In this document: piece by piece, positions 10,529-21,479 of the stretch
Layout of the letters: each line of letters begins with the position of its first letter
How positions within the stretch are numbered: the stretch's first letter is position 1
Assembly: GCA_002269645.1 (NCBI GenBank)
Contig: NIVC01002239.1
Span: 155,696-219,695, forward strand
DNA: 64,000 nt
Direction of reading: 5' to 3'
DNA from: Macrostomum lignano
Taxonomy: Eukaryota
Position numbers and translations under genes: made by a program
Notes under the pieces: model-generated
The model's input: only the letters and a program-made list of their open reading frames with translations
The model's database searches: none
What the model was told of the DNA's origin: nothing

Positions 10529-11989
10529 ATGGAGGCGCACAGAACAAGGTACTACCAGGAGAGAAAAACCGCGGCAAAGCCCTCGCTACCCCAGCCCAAA
10601 GCTCTAAAAAATAGAAGCAGGAAGAAGTTGGACTACGGCAGAAGACGCAGCGCACCGCAGATGACGGCAGCGAGGAGGCACGATTCGTCAGACTACTTGA
10701 GCGCCGCGAGGCCGCGCTCGCCCCAGTCGGCGGGAGCTTCACCGCAGTCTACTTGGTCGGGGCAGCAGCCGCTGGAGCAGCTCGGCGGCAGGAGGCCGCA
10801 TCAGGCTCGGAGCACCGGCGGCAGCTGCCTCAGCCTGCGCAGCAACCGCAGGACGCCGGCCATCGGACTGACCTCGCCGAGTGTTCCGGAGAACGCAGCG
10901 CCAGAGGCGGGTTCGGCTCCCGAACGAAGTTTCGAAGAATCCCAACGGGTTTCAGGTGGACTGGAGAGCGGGCATGGTTCGTCCATGTCCAGCCATGGTT
11001 CTCTGGATTCTGGACTGATGCCTGAGAATGGAGATGAGTCGGATGACTCTTCTAGTTTCGGATCTTCGCGAGGATTCTGCAACCGAGATGAGCCAACTGG
11101 GAATGCAGCAGCTGGAGCTGGTGGTGAAGAACTTCAGGTCGACAGCCTCGAGCATTCACCAGACGCCGCTGCTACCGGACATCTCGATGCCCAGATCCAA
11201 GCTGAGTCTCCTGGTGCCGCTGCTACCGGACATCTCGATGCCGAGATCCGAGCTGAGTCTCCTGGTGCCGCTGCTACCGGACATCTCGATGCCCAGATCC
11301 GAGCTGAGTCTCCTGGTGCGGCTGCTACCGGACATCTCGATGCCCAGATCCGAGCTGAGTCTCCTGGTGCGGCTGCTACCGGACATCTCGATGCCCAGAT
11401 CCGAGCTGCTGAGTCACCTGGTGCCGCTGCTACCGGACATCTCGATGCCCAGATCCGAGCTGAGTCTCCTGGTGCGGCTGCTACCGGACATCTCGATGCC
11501 CAGATCCGAGCTGCTGAGTCACCTGGTGCCGCTGCTACCGGACATCTCGATGCCCAGATCCGAGCTGAGTCTCATGGTGCCGCTGCTACCGGACATCTCG
11601 ATGCCGAGATCCGAGCTGAGTCTCCTGGTGCCGCTGCTACCGGACATCTCGATGCCCAGATCCGAGCTGCTGAGTCACCTGGTGCGGCTGCTACCCGACA
11701 GCTCAACGTCCAGAGCGGAGCCTCGCAACATGGCCAGCGCGGACGCTTCAGAAAGTTCTTACAGCAGCTGAACTGCTTCAAAGCAGTCGGAAGTGACGCT
11801 GACAGCGGCTATAGCTCTTTGTTTAGTTCAAGGATCTCCTTAGCGTCGAGGGTTTCCAACTCGACCAATCCGCCAAACACAGCAGCCGACTGCGAACACT
11901 CGCCGCTGGTTGTCAGCGGCGATGCTGGCTCTGCGCTTGGCGGTACCAGTGGCGCTATTGAGGCCATGCCTATGGAATCAACTGTTTGA
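10529..11989 (+). CDS. Uncharacterised Ser/Ala-rich protein with an internal 17/18-aa tandem repeat
   Basis: 486-codon ORF with about 200 aa of unique sequence before and about 95 aa after the repeat. All units are 51 or 54 nt, so the frame is kept. Confidence 0.55.
   Translation: MEAHRTRYYQERKTAAKPSLPQPKALKNRSRKKLDYGRRRSAPQMTAARRHDSSDYLSAARPRSPQSAGASPQSTWSGQQPLEQLGGRRPHQARSTGGSCLSLRSNRRTPAIGLTSPSVPENAAPEAGSAPERSFEESQRVSGGLESGHGSSMSSHGSLDSGLMPENGDESDDSSSFGSSRGFCNRDEPTGNAAAGAGGEELQVDSLEHSPDAAATGHLDAQIQAESPGAAATGHLDAEIRAESPGAAATGHLDAQIRAESPGAAATGHLDAQIRAESPGAAATGHLDAQIRAAESPGAAATGHLDAQIRAESPGAAATGHLDAQIRAAESPGAAATGHLDAQIRAESHGAAATGHLDAEIRAESPGAAATGHLDAQIRAAESPGAAATRQLNVQSGASQHGQRGRFRKFLQQLNCFKAVGSDADSGYSSLFSSRISLASRVSNSTNPPNTAADCEHSPLVVSGDAGSALGGTSGAIEAMPMESTV
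11150..11700 (+). repeat. 51/54-bp coding tandem repeat (ESPGAAATGHLDAQIRA, about 10 copies)
   Basis: GCTACCGGACATCTCGATGCC recurs at 11171, 11222, etc. Confidence 0.95.
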
Positions 11990-12539
11990 CTGCTTGAAGT
12001 CGGGCGCACAGCAGCTCTGCAGAATCTCCAGCAGCGATTTCCGTGACTGATTCCAGATTAACCGATTCGAACCATGACCTTAGATTTTCTATCAGGAAGC
12101 CCTTGATCTCGCGCTCTTTTTCTAATGTATGCAACCCGTGCAAAGCTTGTATATCTCATTTTATATTATTGATTGTCACTTTTAATCTGCGCTCAGAATT
12201 TCACTTTAGTCTATGGTCGCATTCGGCTGCTTCGTGTAAATAAGTCATCACCAATTAGAACCATTCGTTTCGCTGCAATTTTATACCCTCATTCTAACTC
12301 GGTGTTGTTCGCATTTCTAACTTTTAAACATAAGGGCTTCGACGACCTCGGATTTAATGCCTGTTCGAAGCTTAGAATTTCCATTTATAACAAGATTTTC
12401 TTATTGCGCTACTCATCTCCATAAATGTAAGTAGAATACAATGAACACGATGTCAGAACGGTGATCATTTTTCTATGACCACTAACAGAGGTTTTTCTCA
12501 TGAATATAAGCAAATTTGTCTTTTTTGAGTAACCGATTT

Positions 12540-12757
12540 ACCACTCTGTCTTCCTGACGCCCACCCTGTCCTGACCCACCCTGTCCTTCTGACACCACCC
12601 TGTCCTGTCCTCCTGACACCCAACCTGTGCTTCTGACACCCCATCTGTCCTCCTGCCACCCACCCTGTCTTGTCCTCCTGACACCCACCCTGTCCTCCTG
12701 ACACCCACCCTGTCGTCCTGACACCCCCTCTGTCCTTCTGACATCCACCCTGTCCTG
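12540..12757. repeat. Degenerate ~20-bp pyrimidine-rich repeat
   Basis: CCCTGTCCTCCTGACACCCA variants. Confidence 0.8.
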
Positions 12758-13114
12758 AAAATGTGCGCTTTGATCGAGTTTTCTGTGGCCCCAGCTGTTT
12801 TGCAACCGATTTCGCACCTCAATGGCACTGTCTGAGTGATTCTCGGGTTGGCCCAGCAGGCAGTGGGTTAAAGCGACTCCTCGTGTTTTTCATCTTAGCT
12901 AACGACCAACCAAGGGCCGGGATTCGCGTTCAGCATCCCCTCTGCTCTGCCTCATCAGCCCGAGCTCATGCTATATAAAATGAGTTGCCAGAACGGTTGC
13001 TAAGCCACTCAGAGTCAGTGCGGTTAAAACTGCGGACAAAAAATTTACATTGCGATTTCTTAAAAACTTGTGCATCTGGGCTCGGACAGCGCGCCTGTCT
13101 GACCTGCCGAGACA

Positions 13115-14375
13115 ATGGTGAGTCCCGGATGTGGGATCTGTTTGCCCCGGTGTGGCTGTAGCTGCAGGTTTTACTGTTCTGAGTTTCGACATTTAGTATT
13201 GACTGTCCTGCTCACCTGCTCAGCAGTGCTCAGCCAGTTTGCCGGGACAGCCTACTGAGACTGCTGCGAACTCAGAGCTCAAATCCCGAGAAGTGAGCGT
13301 GAGGGTGAGAGTGGGGGTGAGAGTGAGAGTGATAGTGAGGGTGAGAATGAGGGTGAGAGTGAGGGATGAGAATGGGGTGAGAGTGAGGGTGAGAGTGAGG
13401 GTGAGGGTGAGAGTGAGGGTGAGAGTGAGGGTGAGAATAAGGGTGAGAGTGAGGGGTGAGAGTGAGGCGTGGGAGTGAGGGTGAGAGTGAGGGTGAGAGT
13501 GAGAGTGAGAGTGAGGGTGAGAGTGAGGGGTGAGAGTAAGGGTGAGAGTGAGGGTGAGAGTAAGGGTGAGAGTGAGGGTGAGAGTGAGGGTGAGAGTGAG
13601 GGGTGAGAGTGAGGGTGAGAGTGAGAGTGAGAGTGAGGGTGAGAGTGAGGGTGAGAGTGAGGGGTGAGAGTGAGGGGTGAGAGTGAGGGTGAGAGTGAGA
13701 GTGAGAGTGAGGGTGAGAGTGAGGGTGAGAGTGAGGGGTGAGAGTGAGGGTGAGAGTGAGGGTGAGAGTAAGGGTGAGAGTGAGGGTGAGAGTGAGAGTG
13801 AGAGTGAGGGTGAGAGTGAGGGGTGAGAGTGAGGGTGAGAGTGAGGGGTGAGAGTGAGGGTGAGAGTGAGGGTGAGAGTGAGGGTGAGAGTGAGGGTGAG
13901 AGTGGGGGGTGAGAGTGAGGGTGAGAGTGAGGGGTGAGAGTGAGGGTGAGAGTGAGGGTGAGAGTGGGGGGTGAGAGTGAGGGTGAGAGTGAGGGGTGAG
14001 AGTGAGGGTGAGAGTAAGGGTGAGAGTGAGGGGTGAGAGTGAGAGTGAGGGTGAGAGTAAGGGTGAGAGTGAGGGTGAGAGTGAGAGTGAGAGTGAGGGT
14101 GAGAGTGAGGGGTGAGAGTGAGGGTGAGAGTGAGGGGTGAGAGTGAGGGGTGAGAGTGAGGGTGAGAGTGAGGGGTGAGAGTGAGACTGAGAGTGAGGGT
14201 GAGAGTGAGGGGTGAGAGTGAGGGGTGAGAGTGAGACTGAGAGTGAGGGTGAGAGTGAGGGGTGAGAGTGAGGGGTGAGAGTGAGACTGAGAGTGAGGGT
14301 GAGAGTGAGGGGTGAGAGTGAGGGGTGAGAGTGAGACTGAGAGTGAGGGGTGAGAGTGAGGGGTGAGAGTGAGGG

Positions 14376-14424
<49 letters not shown>

Positions 14425-17400
14425 TGAGAGTGAGGGCACCAGCCCGTGATCCAGTTTAAATCAGTTCGAGCCTGCAATATAGTCAGTGCTCAGCCCGCAA
14501 GCTTGCCGGGTCCGACCAGGCCAGGCGAACCCCTGAGGAGTTGAGCTCTCGGATGCTGATCTGCTCAGAATATTTGATGCAGGAGAGCGCGGGGCTGCTT
14601 GAGGCGGGCTGCAAGCTGCATTCTTGCAGATTAATCTGCAGGCATTGTCATAAAAGCTCGATTTCGCCATTATGGGGGCGAGGGGGTTGGCGAAGCAGCT
14701 TGCCGCTGCACTTTTGCTGCGCGCTGCGAGGCCCAGTGAGACAAAAAGATTGGTGTGGGAACGCGGCCATGTTCACTTGCGCCCTGCTGGTGTCAGCGCG
14801 GGTAGAAATGCTTGCTGAGACTGAGCACTCGCATGCAGCCTCATTCACCCACACGTGCCTAACAATGATCCTTTCTATTGTGCCATTTGCAGGGTCTAAG
14901 GCGGGATCCCAACCAAGGGGAATTCCTACCAAGAGGAAATTCCTGTCAAGAGGAAATTCCTGTCAAGAGTGAATCCCTACCAAGAAGGAATCCCCTCCAA
15001 GAGGGAATGCCTTCCAAGAGGGAAGTCCTACCAAGATAGAATCCCACGAAGAGGGAATCCCTATCAGGAGGGAATCTCTACCAAACCAAGATGGAATTTC
15101 TACCAAGAAGGAATCCCTTCCAAGCGGGAATGCCTTCCAAGAGGGAATCCCTTCCTAGAGGGAATCCCTACCTAGAGGGAATCCCTACCTAGAGGAAATC
15201 CCTTCCAAGAGGGAATACCTATCAAGAGTGAATCCCTACCCTAGGAAATCCAGTTTATCGGAATAGCTCTTAGAGAATTCCTGCTAAAGGGGAATCCGTA
15301 TCAGGAGGATATCTCTACCAAACCAAGAGGGAATTCCAACCAAGAAGGTATCCCTTTCAAGTGGGAATCCCCTCCAAGAGGAAATCCCTTCCAAGAGGGA
15401 ATGCCTTCCAGGAGGGAATCCCTACCTATAGGGAATCCCTACCTAGAGGGAATCCCTATCAAGAGTGAATCCTTTCGAAGAGTTAATCCCTACCCTAGGA
15501 AATCCAGTCCGTCGGAATACCTATCTTAGAGAATTCCTACTAAAGGGGAATCCCTACACGGAAGTATTATCTTATCTGGAAGATTCTTACCAAGGAAATC
15601 CTCAAGGGAAACATTTGGTTTTACAATTGCTAAAACTGATGGGAATAGCTACCTGTCTCAACGGTGGCCTCGATCCCAGTGACTTGCGAAAGTGCGGAAT
15701 GAAGTATCGGGCATTTTCAGTCGAAGCCAAATAGCAAAGCAGCGCATTTAACAAAGAAGTCAAAGAAGCGACTGATGCCATCCAGAAATTTCTATGAAGC
15801 AAGTTTTAAAGCCATTAAGCAAGCTGACGCGCATGGCACAAGCCGACCTCATTAATTAAGTTGTCACGTGATCGCTGCTTTGTTTCCTGTAATAAACTTT
15901 CTTTTAAGCTTCATCAACCACGACACGCTATCTCATTCCAGGCATCCGCAAAATCTCTCAATGAATCGCAGCTTGCTGGTGAGTCAAAACTGATACTTTT
16001 TAGAGCTGAGATATCCGTGATTAGATCTGATACTCGTACACCTGTGATTAGATCTGATACACCTGTGATTAGATCTGATACACCTGTAATTAGATCTGAT
16101 ACACCTGTGATTAGATCTGATACACCTGTGATTAGATCTGATACACCTGTGATTAGATCTGATACACCTGTGATTAGATCTGATACACCTGTAATTAGAT
16201 CTGATACACCTGTGATTAGATCTGATACACCTGTGATTAGATCTGATACACCTGTGATTAGATCTGATACACCTGTGATTAGATCTGATACACCTGTGAT
16301 TAGATCTGATACACCTGTGATTAGATCTGATACACCTGTGATTAGATCTGATACACCTGTAATTAGATCTGATACACCTGTGATTAGATCTGATACACCT
16401 GTAATTAGATCTGATACACCTGTGATTAGATCTGATACACCTGTAATTAGATCTGATACAACTGTGATTAGATCTGATACACTTGTAATTAGATCTGATA
16501 CACCTGTGACTAGATCTGATAACCCGTGATTAGAGCTGACGAACCCGTGGTTTGAGCTGACGAACCCGTGGTTTGAGCTGACGAACCCGTGGTTTGAGCT
16601 GACGAACCCGTGGTTTGAGCTGATGAACCTGTGATTAGAGCTGATGAACCTGTGATTAGAGCTGATGAACCTGTGATTAGAGCTGATGAACCTGTGATTA
16701 GAGCTGATGAACCTGTGATTAGAGCTGATGAACCCGTGGTTTGAGCTGACGAACCCGTGGTTTGAGCTGACGAACCCGTGGTTTGAGCTAAGCCAGACTC
16801 CCTCCACAACATTGCAGACCTCCGAGAAGCTTTCAGCCTGTTCGACAAGAACGGAGACGGCAACGTGAGCTCAGATGAGCTTGGCGAGGTGATGAAGGCT
16901 CTGGGCCAGCGGCCGAGCGAGGCCGAGCTGCGGGACATGATGAAACAGGTGGACGAGGACGGTGAGTCACGGTTTGTGTGAGATGTGTGTATGACCTCAC
17001 TCATTATTTTGGGAATGAGTGTATTCTGTGTGATCACTGAATGATCTATTCGGATCCGTATGACCCATAATGATCAGTTTAAATCTGTATGACCTCAAGA
17101 TGACCATTTTGGATCTGTATGACCTCAAGATGATCAGCTTAGATCCGTATGACCTCAAGATGATCAGCTTAGTTCCGTATGACCTCAAGATGATCAGTTT
17201 AGATCCGTATGACCTCAAGATGATCAGTTTAGATCCGTATGACCCCAAAATGATCTGTTTGGATCCGTATGACCCCGAGATGATCAGTTTAGATCCGTAT
17301 GACCTCAAGACGATCAGTTTGGATCCGTATGACCTCAAGATGATCAGTTTTTATCCGTATGACCACCAGAATGATCAGTTTGGATCCGTATGACCTCAAG

Positions 17401-19632
17401 ATGATCAGTTTTTATCCGTATGACCACCAGAATGATCAGTTTGGATCCGTATGACCCCCAGAATGATCAGTTTGGATCCGTATGACCCGCCTGATCGCTG
17501 ATTCGAGACGAGAAATTCTGAAAACCCACTGACACACTCAAGTTTACACAGCAGTCTCGGCCAAAGGGGGGCGAATTGATGAGGCGCGGAAGCTGCAGAG
17601 GCGGTGGACATCAGGCCTAAGTTAATAATGCCCTGATTGGAAAGTCATACTTTGTCCCTCAGTCACTGAGCCTTGCCAGCAGTTTATGCAAGCGCTCATG
17701 CACAGGGCTCGCATTGGATTTTGAGTAGAAATTTGATTTCACTTACCGAATCGGGTGCTGAGCGAATGGGCTTATGGGGTGCTTCAATGTGCTGCTCCGC
17801 CTCGGTAACTGGGGAAAACCGAGTTTATATCCCATCCACTCTATCCCCTCCACTCTATCCCCCACTCTATCTACTCCACTCTATCCCCCCACTCTATCCA
17901 CTCCACTCTATCCACTCCACTCTATCCCCCCAATCTATCCCCCACTCTATCCACTCCACTCTATCCCCCACTCTATCCCCTCCACTCTATCTACTCCACT
18001 CTATCCCCTCCACTCTATCCACTCCACTCTATCCCCTCCACTCTATCCACTCCACTCTATCCCCTCCACTCTATCCACTCCACTCTATCTACTCCACTCT
18101 ATCTACTCCACTCTATCCCCTCCACTCTATCCCCTCCACTCTATCCCCTCCACTCTATCCACTCCACTCTATCCCCTCCACTCTATCCCCTCCACTCTAT
18201 CCCCTCTACTCTATCCACTTCACTCTTTCCACTCCAGTCTACCCCTCCAACCTATCCCTCCCCAGGTGACGGCAACATAGACTTTGCTGAGTTCGTCAAG
18301 ATGATGTCGGACAGGCTGATCACCGAGGCGGAAGTGCAGCGCAAGCGGCAGTCGCGTATGCGGAAGGCCTTTGCGGTTCGTTGCTTGGGAAGCCAGGACT
18401 GCGGCTGTTTCTTGCATGTTTGAATAAAACATGGATTATTTCGCCTACTGCAAGTAGTGTACCGTAGCTATGATTTTCAGTTCAAAGAGTTTGCCTGAAA
18501 TGTTTAGCGGATTGAGCAGTGTGTCTGCAGTAGCTGAGCAGTGTGTCTGCAATGGGTGAGCAGTGTGTCTGCAATGGCTGAGCAATGTGTCTGCAATGGC
18601 TGAGCAGTGTGTCTGCAATGGCTGAGCAGTGTGTCTGCAATGGGTGAGCAGTGTGTCTGCAATGGCTGAGCAGTGTGTCTGCAATGGCTGAGCAGTGTGT
18701 CTGCAATGGGTGAGCAGTGTGTCTGCAATGGCTGAGCAGTGTGTCTACAATAAGGTGAGCAGTGTGTCTGCAATGGCTGAGCAGTGTGTCTGCAATAAGG
18801 TGAGCAGTGTGTCTGCAATGGCTGAGCAGTGTGTCTGCAATGGCTGAGCAGTGTGTCTGCAATGGCTGAGCAGTGTGTCTGCAATAAGGTGAGCAGTGTG
18901 TCTGCAATGGGTGAGCAGTGTGTCTGCAATGGCTGAGCAGTGTGTCTGCAATGGCTGAGCAGTGTGTCTGCAATGGCTGAGCAGTGTGTCTGCAATAAGG
19001 TGAGCAGTGTGTCTGCAATGGCTGAGCAATGTGTCTGCAATAAGGTGAGCAGTGTGTCTGCAATAAGGTGAGCAGTGTGTCTGCAATGGCTGAGCAGTGT
19101 GTCTGCAATAAGGTGAGCAGTGTGTCTGCAATGGCTGAGCAGTGTGTCTGCAATGGCTGAGCAGTGTGTCTGCAATGGGTGAGCAGTGTGTCTGCAATGG
19201 CTGAGCAGTGTGTCTGCAATGGCTGAGCAGTGTGTCTGCAATGGCTGATCAGTGTGTCTGCAATAAGGTGAGCAGTGTGTAGACCTGCAATGGCTGATTT
19301 ACCCAACGCAGGTATTCGACTCGGACGGGAACGGGCTGATCGACTCAGCGGAGCTGAAGCGGCTGATGCTCAGCCTGGGGGAGCAGCTCACCGATGAGGA
19401 AGTGGAGCTGATGATGAAGGAGGCCGACCGGAACGAGGACGGCTTTGTAGACTTTGACGGTAAGATGTTTGTCGGGGACTTACGAGCGTAAGAGGATAAA
19501 AAAGCCCTATAAGATAATCGCATCACATTCTTTGTTTGCTACTCATCAGTAGGCAATCACGACTGCCTTAATTGTCTTGTAGAGTTTGCGGCCGTGCTGA
19601 CCGAGAGCCCCGCGGCGCCTGACAGTTTCTGA
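13115..19632 (+). CDS. Calmodulin-like four-EF-hand protein. Confident exons 15942-15978, 16818-16961, 18266-18375, 19312-19459, 19583-19632; probable 5' exons 13115-13117 (ATG only) and 13224/13227-13292
   Basis: Joined: [162 protein letters not shown]. All junctions are GT-AG and phase-consistent. ATG|GTGAGT at 13115 matches the ATG-only first coding exon of calmodulin genes. Confidence 0.9.
13293..14434. repeat. (GTGAGA/GTGAGG)n hexamer microsatellite
   Basis: Direct reading. It starts at the putative donor GAA|GTGAGC. Confidence 0.97.
14915..15605. repeat. Degenerate ~17-bp repeat (GGGAATCCCTACCAAGA)
   Basis: Many diverged copies. Confidence 0.8.
16018..16790. repeat. Two adjacent 21-bp minisatellites in a calmodulin-like intron
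   Basis: ACACCTGTGATTAGATCTGAT (to about 16520), then GAGCTGACGAACCCGTGGTTT / GAGCTGATGAACCTGTGATTA. Confidence 0.95.
17045..17490. repeat. 30-bp minisatellite (intronic)
   Basis: GATCCGTATGACCTCAAGATGATCAGTTTA, about 14 copies. Confidence 0.93.
17828..18262. repeat. CTCTATCC(C/A)CTCCA-type degenerate repeat running up to the acceptor
   Basis: Direct reading. Confidence 0.9.
18515..19295. repeat. 22-bp minisatellite (intronic)
   Basis: GAGCAGTGTGTCTGCAATGGCT and variants. Confidence 0.95.
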
Positions 19633-19709
19633 GAGCGGCGGCTGCTCAGAGCTCAGCAGCGAACTGACTTTTCCCCATGTTTGAGTTTGATGCTCGGGGC
19701 TCGATAGAG

Positions 19710-20908
19710 GGATAGAGGGAGAGACACAGCGAGAGACACAGCGAGAGTCACAGCGAGAGAGGCGGGGAGACACAGGGAGAGACATAGGGGGAGACACAAT
19801 GGGAGACACAGGGGGAGACACAGGGAGAGACACAGGGAGAGACACAGCGAGAGACACAGCGAGAGAGGCGGGGAGACACAGGGAGAGACATAGGGAGAGA
19901 CACAGGGAGAGACACAGCGAGAGACACAGCGAGAGAGGCGGGGAGACACAGGGAGAGACATAGGGGGAGACACAATGGGAGACACAGGGGGAGACACAGG
20001 GAGAGACACAGGGAGAGACACAGCGAGAGACACAGCGAGAGAGGCGGGGAGACACAGGGAGAGACATAGGGGGAGACACAATGGGAGACACAGGGGGAGA
20101 CACAGGGAGAGACACAGGGAGAGACACAGCGAGAGACACAGCGAGAGACGCAGCGAGAGAGGCGGGGAGACACAGGGAGAGACACAGGGAGAGACACAGG
20201 GAGACACAGGGAGAGACACAGGGGGAGACACAGGGAGAGACACAGGGAGAGACACAGGGAGAGACACATGAAGAGACACAGGGGAGACACAGGGGAGACA
20301 CAGGGAGAGACACAGGGAGAGACACAGGGGGAGACAGGGAAGACACAGGGGAGACACAGGGAGAGACACAGGGAGAGAGACAGGGGGAGACACAGGGGGA
20401 GACACAGGGGGAGACACAGGGAGAGACACAGGGAGAGACACAGGGAGAGACACAGGGAGAGACACAGGGGAGACACAGGGAGAGACACAGGGAGAGACAC
20501 AGGGAGAGACACAGGGAGAGACACATGAAGAGACACAGGGGAGACACAGGGGAGACACAGGGGAGACACAGGGGAGACACAGGGAGAGACACAGGGAGAG
20601 ACACAGGGAGAGACACAGGGAGAGACACAGGGAGAGACACAGGGAGAGACACAGGGGAGACACAGGGAGAGACACAGGGAGAGACACAGGGAGAGACACA
20701 GGGAGAGACACAGGGAGAGACACAGGGAGAGACACAGGGAGAGACACAGGGAGAGACACAGCAAGAGACACAGGGGAGACACAGGGGAGACACAGGGAGA
20801 GACACAGGGAGAGACACAGGGAGTGACACAGGGAGAGACACAGGGAGAGACACAGGGAGAGACACAGGGAGAGACACAGGGGAGACACAGGGAGAGACAC
20901 AGGGAGAG
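19710..20908. repeat. ~12-bp purine-rich repeat GAGAGACACAGG downstream of the calmodulin-like stop
   Basis: Direct reading. AATAAA signals follow at about 20978 and 20995. Confidence 0.95.
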
Positions 20909-21479
20909 AGGTTAGCAGCACAAACAGCCGATGAACGGCATATGAAGGACAAGTGCCTCGTTACAAAGAAGCTGATAAATAAAATCCAATTCTAAATAAA
21001 CTGCGAACTTCCATGGCTCAGCGCCGCCAGCCACTGAAATTGTGCACTTATAAAATGAATATTTTACTCTCTGAGAAAAACTTGGCAACATAAGTTAAGT
21101 TTGCCCTGCTGCAGAGATCAGCGCTTGTGAGGCAGCCGGTTCCTTCTGCCTGATCCCGCCGCCTACAAGCAGGCGGTCCCCCTGCTGAGGATCTCCCGGC
21201 CTGGCCCAATGGGTTGGGGGGAATTTTCCCACCGCTACCCCCTGGCCGGAGACCAGCGCAGCGATCAATACACGGCGCAGCGCTTGCGCCAATGGAGAAG
21301 GGGAGGGACGAATTGGTTCAGTGAAAAACTTCAGCGACAGCTGGCGCGTAGCTCAGGGACTGCTAAGTTAAATCCAGTCTGGACTGGAGGTGCGGACGCA
21401 GTTCTTCAGTTTAGACAGGAGCCCGCTTTCGCAGACAAAGTATTGTAATTTCGCCGCAGGCGCGAGTTGAAGCCCGCAA

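Noticed and set aside
12971-12987. TATATAAAA as TATA box of the calmodulin-like gene
   Set aside because: Plausible but unsupported. CTATATAAAATGAGTTG also resembles the Helitron 5' end at 21481, so its origin is ambiguous.
13272-20995. Long low-complexity ORFs ([24 protein letters not shown])
   Set aside because: All coincide with intronic or downstream tandem arrays and have no unique coding flanks.
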